Shown: in pieces, positions 9,405-20,435 of the stretch | Position numbering within the stretch: the stretch's first letter is position 1 | Layout: each line of letters begins with the position of its first letter | Program-made: the position numbers and the translations under genes | Assembly: GCA_043228905.1 (NCBI GenBank) | Contig: JBHGNT010000002.1 | Span: forward strand, 21,700,001-21,764,000 | Length of the DNA stretch: 64,000 nucleotides | Reading direction: 5' to 3' | From: Azolla caroliniana | Taxonomy: Eukaryota; Plantae; Polypodiophyta | Notes under the pieces: model-generated | What the model saw: the letters and a program-made list of their open reading frames with translations, nothing else | What the model was told of the DNA's origin: nothing | The model's database searches: none

Positions 9405-11959
9405 ACATAATGCACCACTGGAGTTGGTGCATACTGATGTGTGTCAAGTGGACACGAAGTCACATGCAGGATCGTAGTACTTCGTGACGTTCATAGATGA
9501 CCAAAGCAAGAGGTTGTGGGCCACACCGTTGAAGACGAAGGATCAGGTATTATCCGTCTTCAAGGAGCTCCACGCAAGAGTGGAAAGATAATCCGGCCGG
9601 AAGCTGAAGGCGGTTCGAGCAGATAACGGAGGTGAATACCCAGGGCAATTCGAGGAGTACTGCCGCTCGAAGGGAATCCGGCTCGAATTTACCGTGCCGA
9701 AGACGTGGGAACTAAACGTGCTAGCCAAGAGGATGAACCGGACCATAATGGAGAGGTTCCGGAGTATGCTAGCACATGTTAAGCTACCCAAGAAGTTTTG
9801 GGCTGAGGTGCTGTCGACAGCAACGTATGTGATAAACAGATCACCCTTAGTGCCCTTGGATGGAGAGACGCCGCAGAAGGTGTGGACCGGTAAGGAAGTG
9901 TCCTATTGGCATCTGAAGGTGCATGTTGCTAAGGACAGGAGAGGAAAGTTGGATCCAAAGACCCGGCCATGCATATTCCTCGGATACGGCAATGATGAGT
10001 TCGGCTACCGAGTGTGGGATCTGGTTGACAAGAAGGCTTTCCGGAGCCGAGATATTATCTTCATGGAGGACAAGACTCTTGCCGACTGGGAGTCAAAGAA
10101 GAAGATAATAAACTCCGATGAGATTCGGACCCACCCGGCTAAGAGCTGGATGACACTCGAGGAACCAGCCGGTTACGGTGAGGATACTGAACCGGCAGAA
10201 GAAGAAGTAGAGGAAGCTGAAATCGGAACCGACCAAGACCCCGAATCAGATTCGGATGAAGAACAAATAGTGGAGCCGGTTAACGAAGGCCAAAGATGAA
10301 GATATCCTCTCAGAGAGAGAAGGGCCCCCCGGAGATTTCCAGATGCAGAGCATGTGCTACTGACCGATGAGGGGGAGCCAAAAAGCTTCGAGGAAGCTAA
10401 AACTGACGCCCATAGCCGCAAATAGTTAAGTGACATGCAGGATGAGATGGATTCCCTACATGAGAACCATACGTACGAATTGGTGGAGTTGCCGAAACAA
10501 AAGCGGGCACTCCGAAATAAGTGGGTGTACAAGTTAAAACCGGGAGATGCCAGCAAACCCTCGAGATACAAAGCCAGGATCGTGGTGAAGGGGTGGTTCC
10601 AGCAGAAGAAGGGTGTGGACTTCGACGGGATATTTGCCCCGGTAGTAAAGATGACTTCCATTCGGACGGTGCTAAGTATAGCGGCAACCATGGACCTCGA
10701 GGTAGAGCAGCTGGACGTGAAGACGACATTCCTTCACAGTGAGCTCGAAGAGGAGATCTACATGCAGCAACCGGAAGGATTCGTGGAGAAAGGGAAGGAG
10801 CACATGGTTTGCCGGTTGAAGAAGAGCCTGTACGGACTGAAGCAGGCTCCCCGACAATGGTACCGGAAGTTCGACTCCTTCATGACCGACCAAGGGTATC
10901 ACAAAACGCAAAGCGATCACTGCATGTTTGTAAAGAAGTTCGAAGGAGGCGACTTCCTGATACTCCTTCTATACGTGGACGACATATTGATCGTCGGACG
11001 GGACCAAGCCAAAATACAGATGCTGAAGAAGGCTCTCAACCGAACTTTCTCAATGAAAGACTTGGGCCCGGCAAGACAGATACTGGGGATGTGCATCATC
11101 CATGACCGGTCAAAGAAGCAATTGTGGTTGTCACAAGAGAAATACGTGACAAATGTGCTTCAGCAGTTCAACATGTTAGAAGCAAAACCGGTCGGATCGA
11201 CACTCCCGGCAAACTGCAGACTATCCGATGAGCAAAGCTCGAAGACGAAAGCAGAGAAGGCGGATATGGTGAAGGTTCCATATGCCTCTGCCATCGGGAG
11301 CTTGATGTACGCATTGGTGTGTACACGGCCGGATATTGGATACGCAATCGGAGTGGTGAGCCGATTTATGAGCAATCCCGGCAAGGAGCACTGGAACGCG
11401 GTAAAATGGATACTCCGGTACTTGAAAGGCACTTCGAATATGTGTCTCCGATTCGGCTCTGGTAAACCTCAACTTGACGGTTTTACCGATTCGGACATGT
11501 TGGCTGATGTGGATACCATCCGGTCTACATCCGGGTATGTAATGACATATGCAGGGGGCGTTGTTTCGTGGCAATCGAGGCTGCAGAAGACGATTGCATT
11601 GTCAACCACGGAGGCGGAGTACATGGTGGCTGGGGAAGCCGGCAAGGAAATATTATGGATGAAGGACTACATCGGAGAGCTCGGTATCCGGCAAGATGAA
11701 TATCGGCTCTATTGCGACAGTCAAAGTGCCATCCACCTTACTAAGAACGCAGCGTACCATTCCAGGACGAAGCACATCCAACGTAGGTATCACTAGATCC
11801 GGGAGCGAGTAGAAGATCGAGAGTTCGCGCTGACAAAGATCCACACTGCCGAGAACGGGTCAAATATGCTTACCAAAGTACTGATACCCGACAAGTTGGA
11901 TGCATGTCGGAAGCAGATCGGACTAGTAAGACATCCCATGCCGGAGTGAAGGGGGAGTT

Positions 11960-12558
11960 TGTTAGGAAACAGGTCCCTCCGGATGGGAAGTGAGAAGAAC
12001 ATCCGGATGTGGAGTACCCGGCAACAGAAGACCCGGTGAGAACCGAATGTTGCAAGCCCGGTGAGAACCTCTCAACAGATGGAAGGGACATATATGTAAA
12101 TATGTTCCAGAGATCCCACTGGGGCTATATTTCTAAATAGCCCGAAAGTCATATTAGTATAAATATGACCTAAGGCAAACTTAATAGTCATGATGTAGAG
12201 TTGGTTGTATTATTATCGTTGTTGCGATAATTCAGAGAATAACTGTGTACATAGAAGAGAGAGAGAGAGAGAGAGAGGAGGAGGTCATTGCCTCTGTTGT
12301 AACCGCCTGCTGGCGAAGCGAGGGAGCAAGAGGTCGTTGCCTCTGTGCCCCATTGTTCTAATCTCGATATAGTGATATTTTGCAGTCTAAGAGCTGTCGT
12401 GGTTTTTCCCAGATTTGGGTTTTCCACGTTAACATCTAGTGCACTCTCTTTCTTTACGGTTTCGTGTGTAGATACATCTCACCACATCCCTGTTTTCTGT
12501 GCTTGATCCGACGTCTCGGTTGCGGCCGAGCATAGCTAAGGAAACCGTATTCCTTTCA
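11960..12558 (+). repeat. 3' LTR of copia A (599 bp)
   Basis: Preceded by PPT GAGTGAAGGGGGAG (11944-11957). Carries only one 40-bp unit. Confidence 0.95.
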
Positions 12559-12563
12559 CAAAT

Positions 12564-12981
12564 TCGGCAAAGTGGAGAATATCCACCCAATCATCTTGTT
12601 GATAGCTTAGAAAACATTGAAGATACTATTCGAGCGTTTGATTTATTCGTTCTGCTTGGCCGTCTGTTTGAGGGTGATAGCCGGAGGAGAGGTGACAAGT
12701 GACCTTGAGCATTTGGAAGAGATGGTTCCAGAATTTCAAGACAAATTGAGGTCCACGATCGTTGATGATACTATCTGGGAGGCCACGATGCCAAAATACC
12801 TCACGCATGACAATTTTAGTGGTTTCTTCACTAGTGATAGCCTTAGTACAAGGCAGGAAATGTGGCATCTTAGTATATGATCGATTATTGTTAAGATCGC
12901 ATCGAATCCCTTTGAAACTGGAGAATCTGTGATAAAAGCTAGAGAAATGGACTGCCATGGCTTGCTTGGAATTGGTAATGG
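12564..12981 (-). pseudogene. Chromovirus integrase core fragment
   Basis: PLPIPSKPWQSISLAFITD, HRGLPDSIINDRGPQF, YHPQTDGQAERIN. Confidence 0.9.
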
Positions 12982-12982
12982 C

Positions 12983-13431
12983 GTCTTAAGCCTCCTAGTT
13001 GTTCTTGTATCTTCCTTCATATAATATAATATACTTCTTGTTGTCATCATTATCTCTCTCTACTCTCTCTCTCTCTCTCTCCTCTCTCGTGGTTCTCACA
13101 CACTCTTTCCCTTCTTAGTACTAATCCTCATTCTTCTCCTCTATCTTTAGTACTAATTCTCCTTGCCTCTAGTACTATCTCTGACAATTTGAACCGAATT
13201 GGTTTGGGATAATGCCTCATCCCTCTATTTATTGTGTTGTCAAGATTACTCTTGAAGTTTCTAGAATGTTCCAGAGTGATCTAGAATATACATGAATTTC
13301 CTATAGAAATAATAAATGAAACTAATATTATTTGTATTACAATTCATGGTTTAATGGCAAGGGTTCAGCCCATGTAACAAAAGGTTACGGGTTCGAATCC
13401 CTTCGGAGCCATACCATGCCACATCATGACA
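12983..13431. repeat. Rearranged chromovirus LTR (R-U5 inverted relative to U3)
   Basis: 12983-13186 matches 61737-61983 in + orientation; 13189-13431 matches 50433-50661 in element-minus orientation. Confidence 0.75.
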
Positions 13432-15609
13432 TCGTGCTTGGTGTGTCCATGACAGTTTGAATCCTTTCCAACTAGAAGTATCACCCATCTTCGTCATCAC
13501 CCTTGCTTCTAGCATTACCATCGTCATAGTCCTTGCTTCCAAAGTTGTCGTCATCAACATCCTTGGTTTTAGAGACGCTTCCTCATCATTATCGTCTTCT
13601 TGCTTCCAGAGTTTCCGTCATCAACATCCTTGGTCCTTGTTACCCCGTACGAGATGTACGAAGAGTCAAGTGTGATGAGCGAGGGTCGAATGTTATCATG
13701 ATGTTGTGTATGTGTAGGGGGTATAAATGTAGTTATGAGTCTATACGTATGTGAACACATGCACACATGTGTGCATGTGGATGGATACGAGGAGGTGTGA
13801 GTGAGTGTCCAGTATGAATGCTCAATGGGGCTTACACCCCTATGTATCTACCCCCTCTTGTACTATTTAACCCCTTATGGGGAATGAATGAAGAGGATCA
13901 TTTTTCTCTCTCAATCTCTCTCTCTCTTGTCATCTCTCTTTCTCTCTCTCTCTCCCCCTGAACGTTGAAACCACCCCCCACCCCGCAATGCTTCTCAATG
14001 CACATGATCTCTCTCGCCATCAATCCCATACTCTCCATCATCATCATAACCACCATGTCTATCTTTATCATGATTATCATCGTCCTTACGTCGTCCTCAT
14101 CATTGTCGTCTTCATTGCCTTGTCTTCGACATCATCATTTTGAGCACCTCTTGTTGTCTTCATCAAACGCTACTTCACCCAACCTTCATCGTCATCAACA
14201 CTAATTCGCATGGTCTTTCATTATCGTCATTGGTCCGCTCCTCTTCATCATCATTGTCATCATCTATGGATATCATTTTGCATCACAATTTTGGTGAGGA
14301 TCAATTTCGATGGCTTACCTTCACAGTTCTGGTGGGGGTCACAACAACTCACTTTCCTGGTGGGGATCAAATCATTGCTCACTTGCACTCCATTATCATT
14401 TCAGTTCAAATTTCACTCCACTTTCCTTTGGCGAGGATCAATTTCGATCGCTCACCTTCCTAGTTCTAGGGGGGGTCACAACTGCTCACTTTCCTAGTGG
14501 GGATCGAATCATTGTTCGCTTGCACTCCATTTTCATTTTGCTCCACTTTCTTTTGACAAGGATCGATTTTGATTTCTCGCCTTCTAGTTTCGGTGGGGGT
14601 CACAACCGCTCACTTTCTTGGTAAGGATCGTATCGGTTACTCGCTAGCACTATAGTTTGTGGTGTGTTTTGGGTCAACCTCGACTATTTACCCTCTCATG
14701 ATAGAAGAAGTCGAGTTGACTGCTTCACCTGCACTCCTTTGCCCGTTGTTGTTCGTGTCTCTAGTGAGGACCACACATGGTCGCTCACGCATGTCGGTGT
14801 TCGTGTCTCCAGTGAGGACCGCACATGGTCACCCATGTCCTTGGTGTTCCAGTCTCTTGTGAGGAATACACATGGTTGCTCACACCCGTCGGTGTTCCAA
14901 TTCCCGGTGAGGACTAGTCAGTCGCTCACGCCTGTTCGTGTTCCCAATGAGGACTGCACATGGTCGTTCACATTCATTCATGTTCCTGTTTCTAGTGAGG
15001 ACTCGCTCAGTCATCAATCCACTTTGGTTTTGTACTTCAGCTCACCCTTGTACCATGACGCTTTCGAAAAGGTGGTCGTAAAGGGGGAGGATAATGTCAT
15101 TGGTTTTGTACTTCAGTTCACCCTTGTACCATGAAGCTTTCGAAAAGGCGGCCGTAAAGGGGGAGGATAATGCCATAGACATTATCTAGTCATGTCAAGA
15201 ATTGAACTCTTCACCTATTGTATTATAGTCAAGTGTTATGTTCTAACCAACACATCCAAATACATAATCACATTATATATATCTTAGTAGATTATTAGTA
15301 GATTATACATTTCAAGTTCAAGGAGTTTTTAGAAAGTTCTAGAACTAGAAGGTTCTAGAGGGTTCTAGAATATTCTAATGCATGTACTTCGACTCACTAT
15401 GTAAATATTTGCAACCTCCCTGGTTCCTTTCAAGGGATTCAACACCAGTCATTGACACATCTATTTAGTATTCTCGTTTCACCCCATCTTGTCTCCTTAA
15501 TCTTTATCTTTGTCTTCATGCTCTTGTGTCATCCCAGCTTCTTAAGTTCCATGCCCTTAGCTCCATCATTCATGCTCCGACCAAGTCCACGTTTATTGTG
15601 TCCATGACA
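13432..15609 (+). mobile_element. Non-autonomous, non-coding LTR element (LARD/TRIM-like) with self-priming signal
   Basis: 5' LTR remnant ends GTGTCCATGACA at 13454. PPT AAAGGGGGAGGATAA precedes the 3' LTR 15171-15609, which ends GTGTCCATGACA. The interior is tandem repeats with no recognisable ORF. Confidence 0.7.
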
Positions 15610-18600
15610 CAAGTAATGGAGCTCTTTCATGTCCTTCATCTCAAATTTTTCAAAGAGGAGGGTCTTGACCTTGTCGATGTTGACTAGATGCTCACCTCCA
15701 ATGACCAGATCATCCACATATAGGACGATGACAATCGAGCTTCCAGAATCGTTTCTTACGTATAGGGAGTTGTTGGATTTTGACGTTCTAAAGCCGATTC
15801 GATGAAAATACTAAGTGATCTTGGAATGCCAAGCCCGTGACACTTGCTTAAGGCCGTTGAGTGGCTTCTTTAGTCGGCAGACAGCTCTCAAATAGTTGTT
15901 GGATTCAAAGCCAGGTGGTTGGACCATGTACACCTCCTCTTCTAATTCTCCTTAGAGGAAGGCATTCTTTACGTCCATCTAGTGGAGGTGTCACCCTTTT
16001 GCCGTTGCAAGTGCAATGACGGTTCGAATAGTCATCATCTTTGCCACCGTGGCAAAGGTCTCTTCATAGTCAACTCCATGTGTCTGTGTGTATCCTTTCA
16101 CTACAAATCAAGCTTTATAGCGATTGATAGAGCCATCAACATTATACTTCACCATGAATATCCATCTGCAACCGATTGCCTTCTTGTGAGGTGAGTGGGG
16201 GACGAGATCCCATGTCTCGTTCTTAGAGAGAGCTTGCATCTCCTCGTTCATCGCTTCAACCCATTGTGGATCTTTAACAGCTTCGGTAAAGCTTTCCAGT
16301 TCACGAACAACTGCCACCTACATCATAAAGGCATAGTGGTATGCCATGTAGTCGTTGTAGCCGAATCAACTAATTGGATTCTTCTCAACGGTGGGGCATC
16401 CGAATTTTTCATTTTCCGTGGCAATTGCATTATGCACACCAGGTGTCCTCATAATAGGCACATCAAAGCTACCAAGCTCACTATCGAGTGAGTGAGCTGA
16501 TTTGTTGCTATCGGATTGATAGTCTTCATATTCTGGTATTTTTTCCTTTCCTTTGTCCGATTTCGGACTTGGCCATGACATGCTTTGCTCGCTTGGAGGC
16601 TCATGTGGTCCGCTTAATCTAGTTAAGATCGGACTCTCATCGGGTATTGACCTTAGCTTATCATTGTCCTTTATGTCGTCAAGGTCGACTGGAAATGGTT
16701 AGGGTGGAGTCGGCTCGGGTTTGTACTAAGATGTTGATTCGTCAAAGACTACGTCCCGACTTACGCGAACCTTCCGAGTAGAAGGGTTGAAGCATTTGTA
16801 CCCCTTTTGCTCTAGTGAGTATCCTACGAGAATACACTTCTCCGACTTGTAATCTAGCTTTTGCTGCTTTTCATCAGGAATGTGCATGAATGCAATAGAC
16901 CCAAATATCATGATGTGGGATAGGTCCGACTTTCTTCCGTAATATTTCTCATGAGGGGTTACATCGTGCACGCCGGATGTTGTACATCGGTTCATTAGGT
17001 AGACGGCTATGCATCCTACTTCAGCCCATTATGACTTCGGTATGTGCTTCTCGTTCAGCATGGCCCTTGCTACTTCAAAGATGTGCCGATTTTTGGGTTT
17101 GGCCACTCCATTCTATTGCAATGTGTGTCAGCGGTTAAACTCTCACCAAATTCCTTCTTTCCGGAGGTAAGCTGAAAATTCATCGGAGAAGTACTCTTTT
17201 CCTCTGTTAGGCCGAAGGCATCTAACATGCTGACCTATTTCCTTTTCAACACCACTTTTGAATTTTTGGAAGTGTTCGAACACTTCACTCTTCTGCCTCA
17301 TGGGAAAGATTCAGGTGTGTTTGGAGAAGTCGTCAATAAAGTTAACATAGTATCGGCATCCTCCAAATGTTGTCGTCTGAGTTGGACCCCACACATTTGA
17401 GTGGATTACATCCAGAAGGCCTTTGCTTACGTTTCTTTCTTTCGGAAACGGTTGCCTATGTTGTTTGCCGAATTGACAAGTTGCACATATGCCTTCAATC
17501 TTCTTTTCCTTGAACATCGGGAGTTTGATGACGACTCCTTTTGACTGCATGCCCTTGAGTTTGTTGAGATTGATATGGCCGATTCTTTTGTGCCATAGCT
17601 CTATGTTCGTATCGGCTTTGGTACATTTTGGAAACGTAGCCGGTTTTATCTTATGCGAATCGAGAATGAACATTTGACCTTCTCTTCATCCACAAGGGAT
17701 GAGTCGGCCCTCTTTCTCAATGAAGCAACCTACATGGTTGAACGGACTTGCATCCCTTGCTCCACAATTTGGCTAACTAAGACCAATTTCTTCGTGATAG
17801 TTGGTACATGCAAGACATTTTTAATGTATGTCTGGTTGCCTTCTTTGCCGAATGGGACATTGCTGATGTGCCATATCAGATGAGTAGTATTACCTTCAAT
17901 CTCAACAAAGTCGAGTCAATCCGGGTCTCGAAGGTCTCGGAACCATTCTTGATGAGACATCATATGGTTCGAGGCACTAGAGTCGACGAACCATACATCT
18001 TCCGGACTGGAGGCACTAGTCGAAGTAAAAGCCGACATAGAATTTGCTCTATGTCTTCATAGTCGAAGTTGGTGGTGTAATTGGTTTCTCCCAAGCTTCT
18101 TTCGGGGACTTGGCTTCCCGAATGTAGTCAAGCATGTACTCATGGACACATGTCGCCAAGCATTACATCACTCGGCTTGCGCCTTGCTCCCATGTTGAGT
18201 ATTCAGGATCCATTAGGTCGGGTTTATTTTCTTGTGCTTCTTTGATGTAGCTCCAATGACCTTGACCGACAAGGTATTGGTGCATCTTGTACTCCCAAGA
18301 TGCAAAGTTGTTTCGGTTCAACTTCTTGGTGGGAAGAGAGCTTCCCATTTGAGTATTCATGGTGGTCGATGTAGATTTCTTCCTTCTTCTACTCTCTCAA
18401 ACACAAGCTATGTAGCGACACTACGATAGCGATGAGCCGGATTTCCTTGAATCTTCGGCATAGGCACAACATACGAGGATGGGCTAGATCGAGCTACGAA
18501 ATCGCTTTGATACCATGTAAAGAATCAAGTGTGATTCTATGTAGCGGAATAGATTGTAGTTGTGTGTTTGTGTGTGAGAGAGAAAGATAGAAGAGAAGAT

Positions 18601-18954
18601 TAGACACAAGATAGATAGGAAAATAGAATACTCAAGATGTATATATTGACAAGGACTAAAGAATAGCAAGTACAAAGATAATACCAATACAAGGGAGATT
18701 AACTGACACATTATAAAGTAGGAGGAGGGTGCTTTATATAACGTCGCCCTCTCTCTACATTCTCTCACTAAAACGCCCACTCTCTCTCTAGAACCTTGGG
18801 GAATGTGGAAACTCATTAGTTATGTGTCATAAAATATGATTCTATGACACATAGTTAATGTGTAGAAAGTAGTGATGACCTTTGACCTTTGAGTGCTCAT
18901 TGATTCTCAAAGGTGTGTTCACACACTAGACTAGGTTGAGGTTGATTCTCAACA
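15610..18954 (-). mobile_element. Ty1/copia element C (different family), degenerate, RT interrupted at 15609
   Basis: LTR 18516-18954; PBS TGGTATCAAAGC at 18504-18515; fragments LNRNNFASW, WFVDS, LWHKRIGH, FIDDFSK, KCILVGYS, AMNEEMQAL, YVDDLVI. Confidence 0.9.
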
Positions 18955-19958
18955 ATATGCATATTAAGTTATTATCTATTTACTTGAGATACCTGTTATG
19001 TTTCTTAGAAAGTGATTATCTATTTTATTGAGACTAACATATTTCTTAATTATTGTAGTGATTAATTGTATCTTTATTAACATTGATTGTGTTCATCTAT
19101 GGAGAGTGAATTCCGTAGGATATTTGTCAAAGAGAAAACTATCATGAAACCCCTTTTTTTATTTAGAAAATCTCTACTTTTGATAATTTAGAATAGCCCT
19201 ACCATGATGGGTGTTGTCAGTCCCATAAATATTGTCCATCAGCACAAGACTCCTCTCATCAACAACTATATTTTGCGTCGTGCTACAAAAGAAGGGGCAT
19301 TTCGATTAGATGCTCAATGATTGTACGCGACCAACATTGATCGCAGACAGGGAACCAATATTGTGTAGTACTTACTACCTATGATATATATGTACATCGA
19401 TAGATGTTTCTCGCAAAGACAAGAAGCATCATCAAGGTAGCCCAAGCTTGGCAGGTATGTACGAGTGTGGCGTGACCCCGTTATGTCGAAGAAGGTGTTG
19501 TTCGTGGAGTGGTCTTCATGATAAGGGGAATGCCGTGGGAAATAAAAGAAAAGGAAAAAGAGGGGTATTTTTGGGAAATATATCAAAAGGGCAAGAGGGG
19601 TATTTTGGGAAATATATCAAAAGGGCAAGAGGGGTATGTAATGTGATGAAGTTAAGGAAAATTGGTGTCGTACATAAGACGAAGTCTTCTTCTTCTTCTT
19701 CTTCTTCTTCTTCTACTCCAAAAAGAAATTATTCCATTACTCTGTTTCCCTCAGTTGTTTTTTTAAAGCCCTTTGACTTTTGCTTCACAATTCTTCTTCT
19801 TTCTTCTTCTTCTTCTTCTTTCTTATCTGCGCTTCTTTGCTACTTCCTTCTTCTCTCCCAAATCCCTAATTCCTGCAGATCATTCTCCTTCTCATTCCTT
19901 TAGTGTCCTCAGATTCTTCTTTCTTCTTTCTTTCTTCTTCCCTCCCACCCCCCTGGTC

Positions 19959-20435
19959 ATGTCTATGGATTATAACCAGGCCAGGCATGACTACATCAGT
20001 GATCATAGATCGAAATATGGCAGTTATAACAGCTATAACTCGAGAAACCATATGGAAGCTCCGACCAATATAACCTATACACATCACCAGATCATACCTT
20101 ATAACTCTCACAATCAGGATCAGATCTCTCCTTATACTCCTTCTCAACTATCCACTATTGATCTGCAGAGGAGAAACGCGATATATGCTAACGAGGGCTA
20201 CGGAAGCTTCCGTAATACTGCTCCCAAAGCGAGCATCTTTCAGAATTCTCTGTCTTCTTCCATGCGCTTTACCGAAAAGTATAGTTATCAGAAGGAGGAT
20301 CCAGAGGCGAAACGGAGGAAGAGGGTGGCATCTTACAAATCTTTGGCGATGGAAGGGAAGCTGAAACTCTCCATCCAAAGGAGCTTCAAATGGATGAAAC
20401 AGAAATTCGAGGAAGTGCGGTATGGGATCTGGTGA
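19959..20435 (+). CDS. Plant DUF3511-family protein (158 aa, single exon)
   Basis: C-terminus DPEAKRRKRVASYKSLAMEGKLKLSIQRSFKWMK matches the DUF3511 signature. First ATG at 19959; CTT-rich 5' leader; no disabling mutations. Confidence 0.88.
   Translation: MSMDYNQARHDYISDHRSKYGSYNSYNSRNHMEAPTNITYTHHQIIPYNSHNQDQISPYTPSQLSTIDLQRRNAIYANEGYGSFRNTAPKASIFQNSLSSSMRFTEKYSYQKEDPEAKRRKRVASYKSLAMEGKLKLSIQRSFKWMKQKFEEVRYGIW

Larger units (their letters stand above)
866..11949 (+). pseudogene. Copia A gag-pol (gag, zinc knuckle, PR, GAG-pre-INT, INT, RT, RNase H), interrupted at 2330-9404
   Basis: Motifs WVVDSGAS, LWHKRLCH, LELVHTDV, LDVKTTFLH, LYVDD and RSTSGY; several premature stops and small deletions. 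Confidence 0.95.
108..12558 (+). mobile_element. Ty1/copia LTR retrotransposon A (Tnt1-like), full length, decayed, with nested gypsy
   Basis: TG...CA LTRs at 108-834 and 11960-12558; 5-bp TSD CAAAT at 103-107 and 12559-12563; iMet PBS; PPT; domain order gag-PR-INT-RT-RH. Confidence 0.97.

Noticed and set aside
2272-9477. Many overlapping 60-270 aa ORFs on alternative frames and in LTRs (also 41-45 kb and 59-61.5 kb)
   Set aside because: These are shadow ORFs of GC-rich retroelement sequence, with no recognisable domains.
19773-19958. Hydrophobic N-terminal extension of the 220-aa ORF
   Set aside because: It starts at TTG and is translated CTT microsatellite leader; the first ATG is at 19959.
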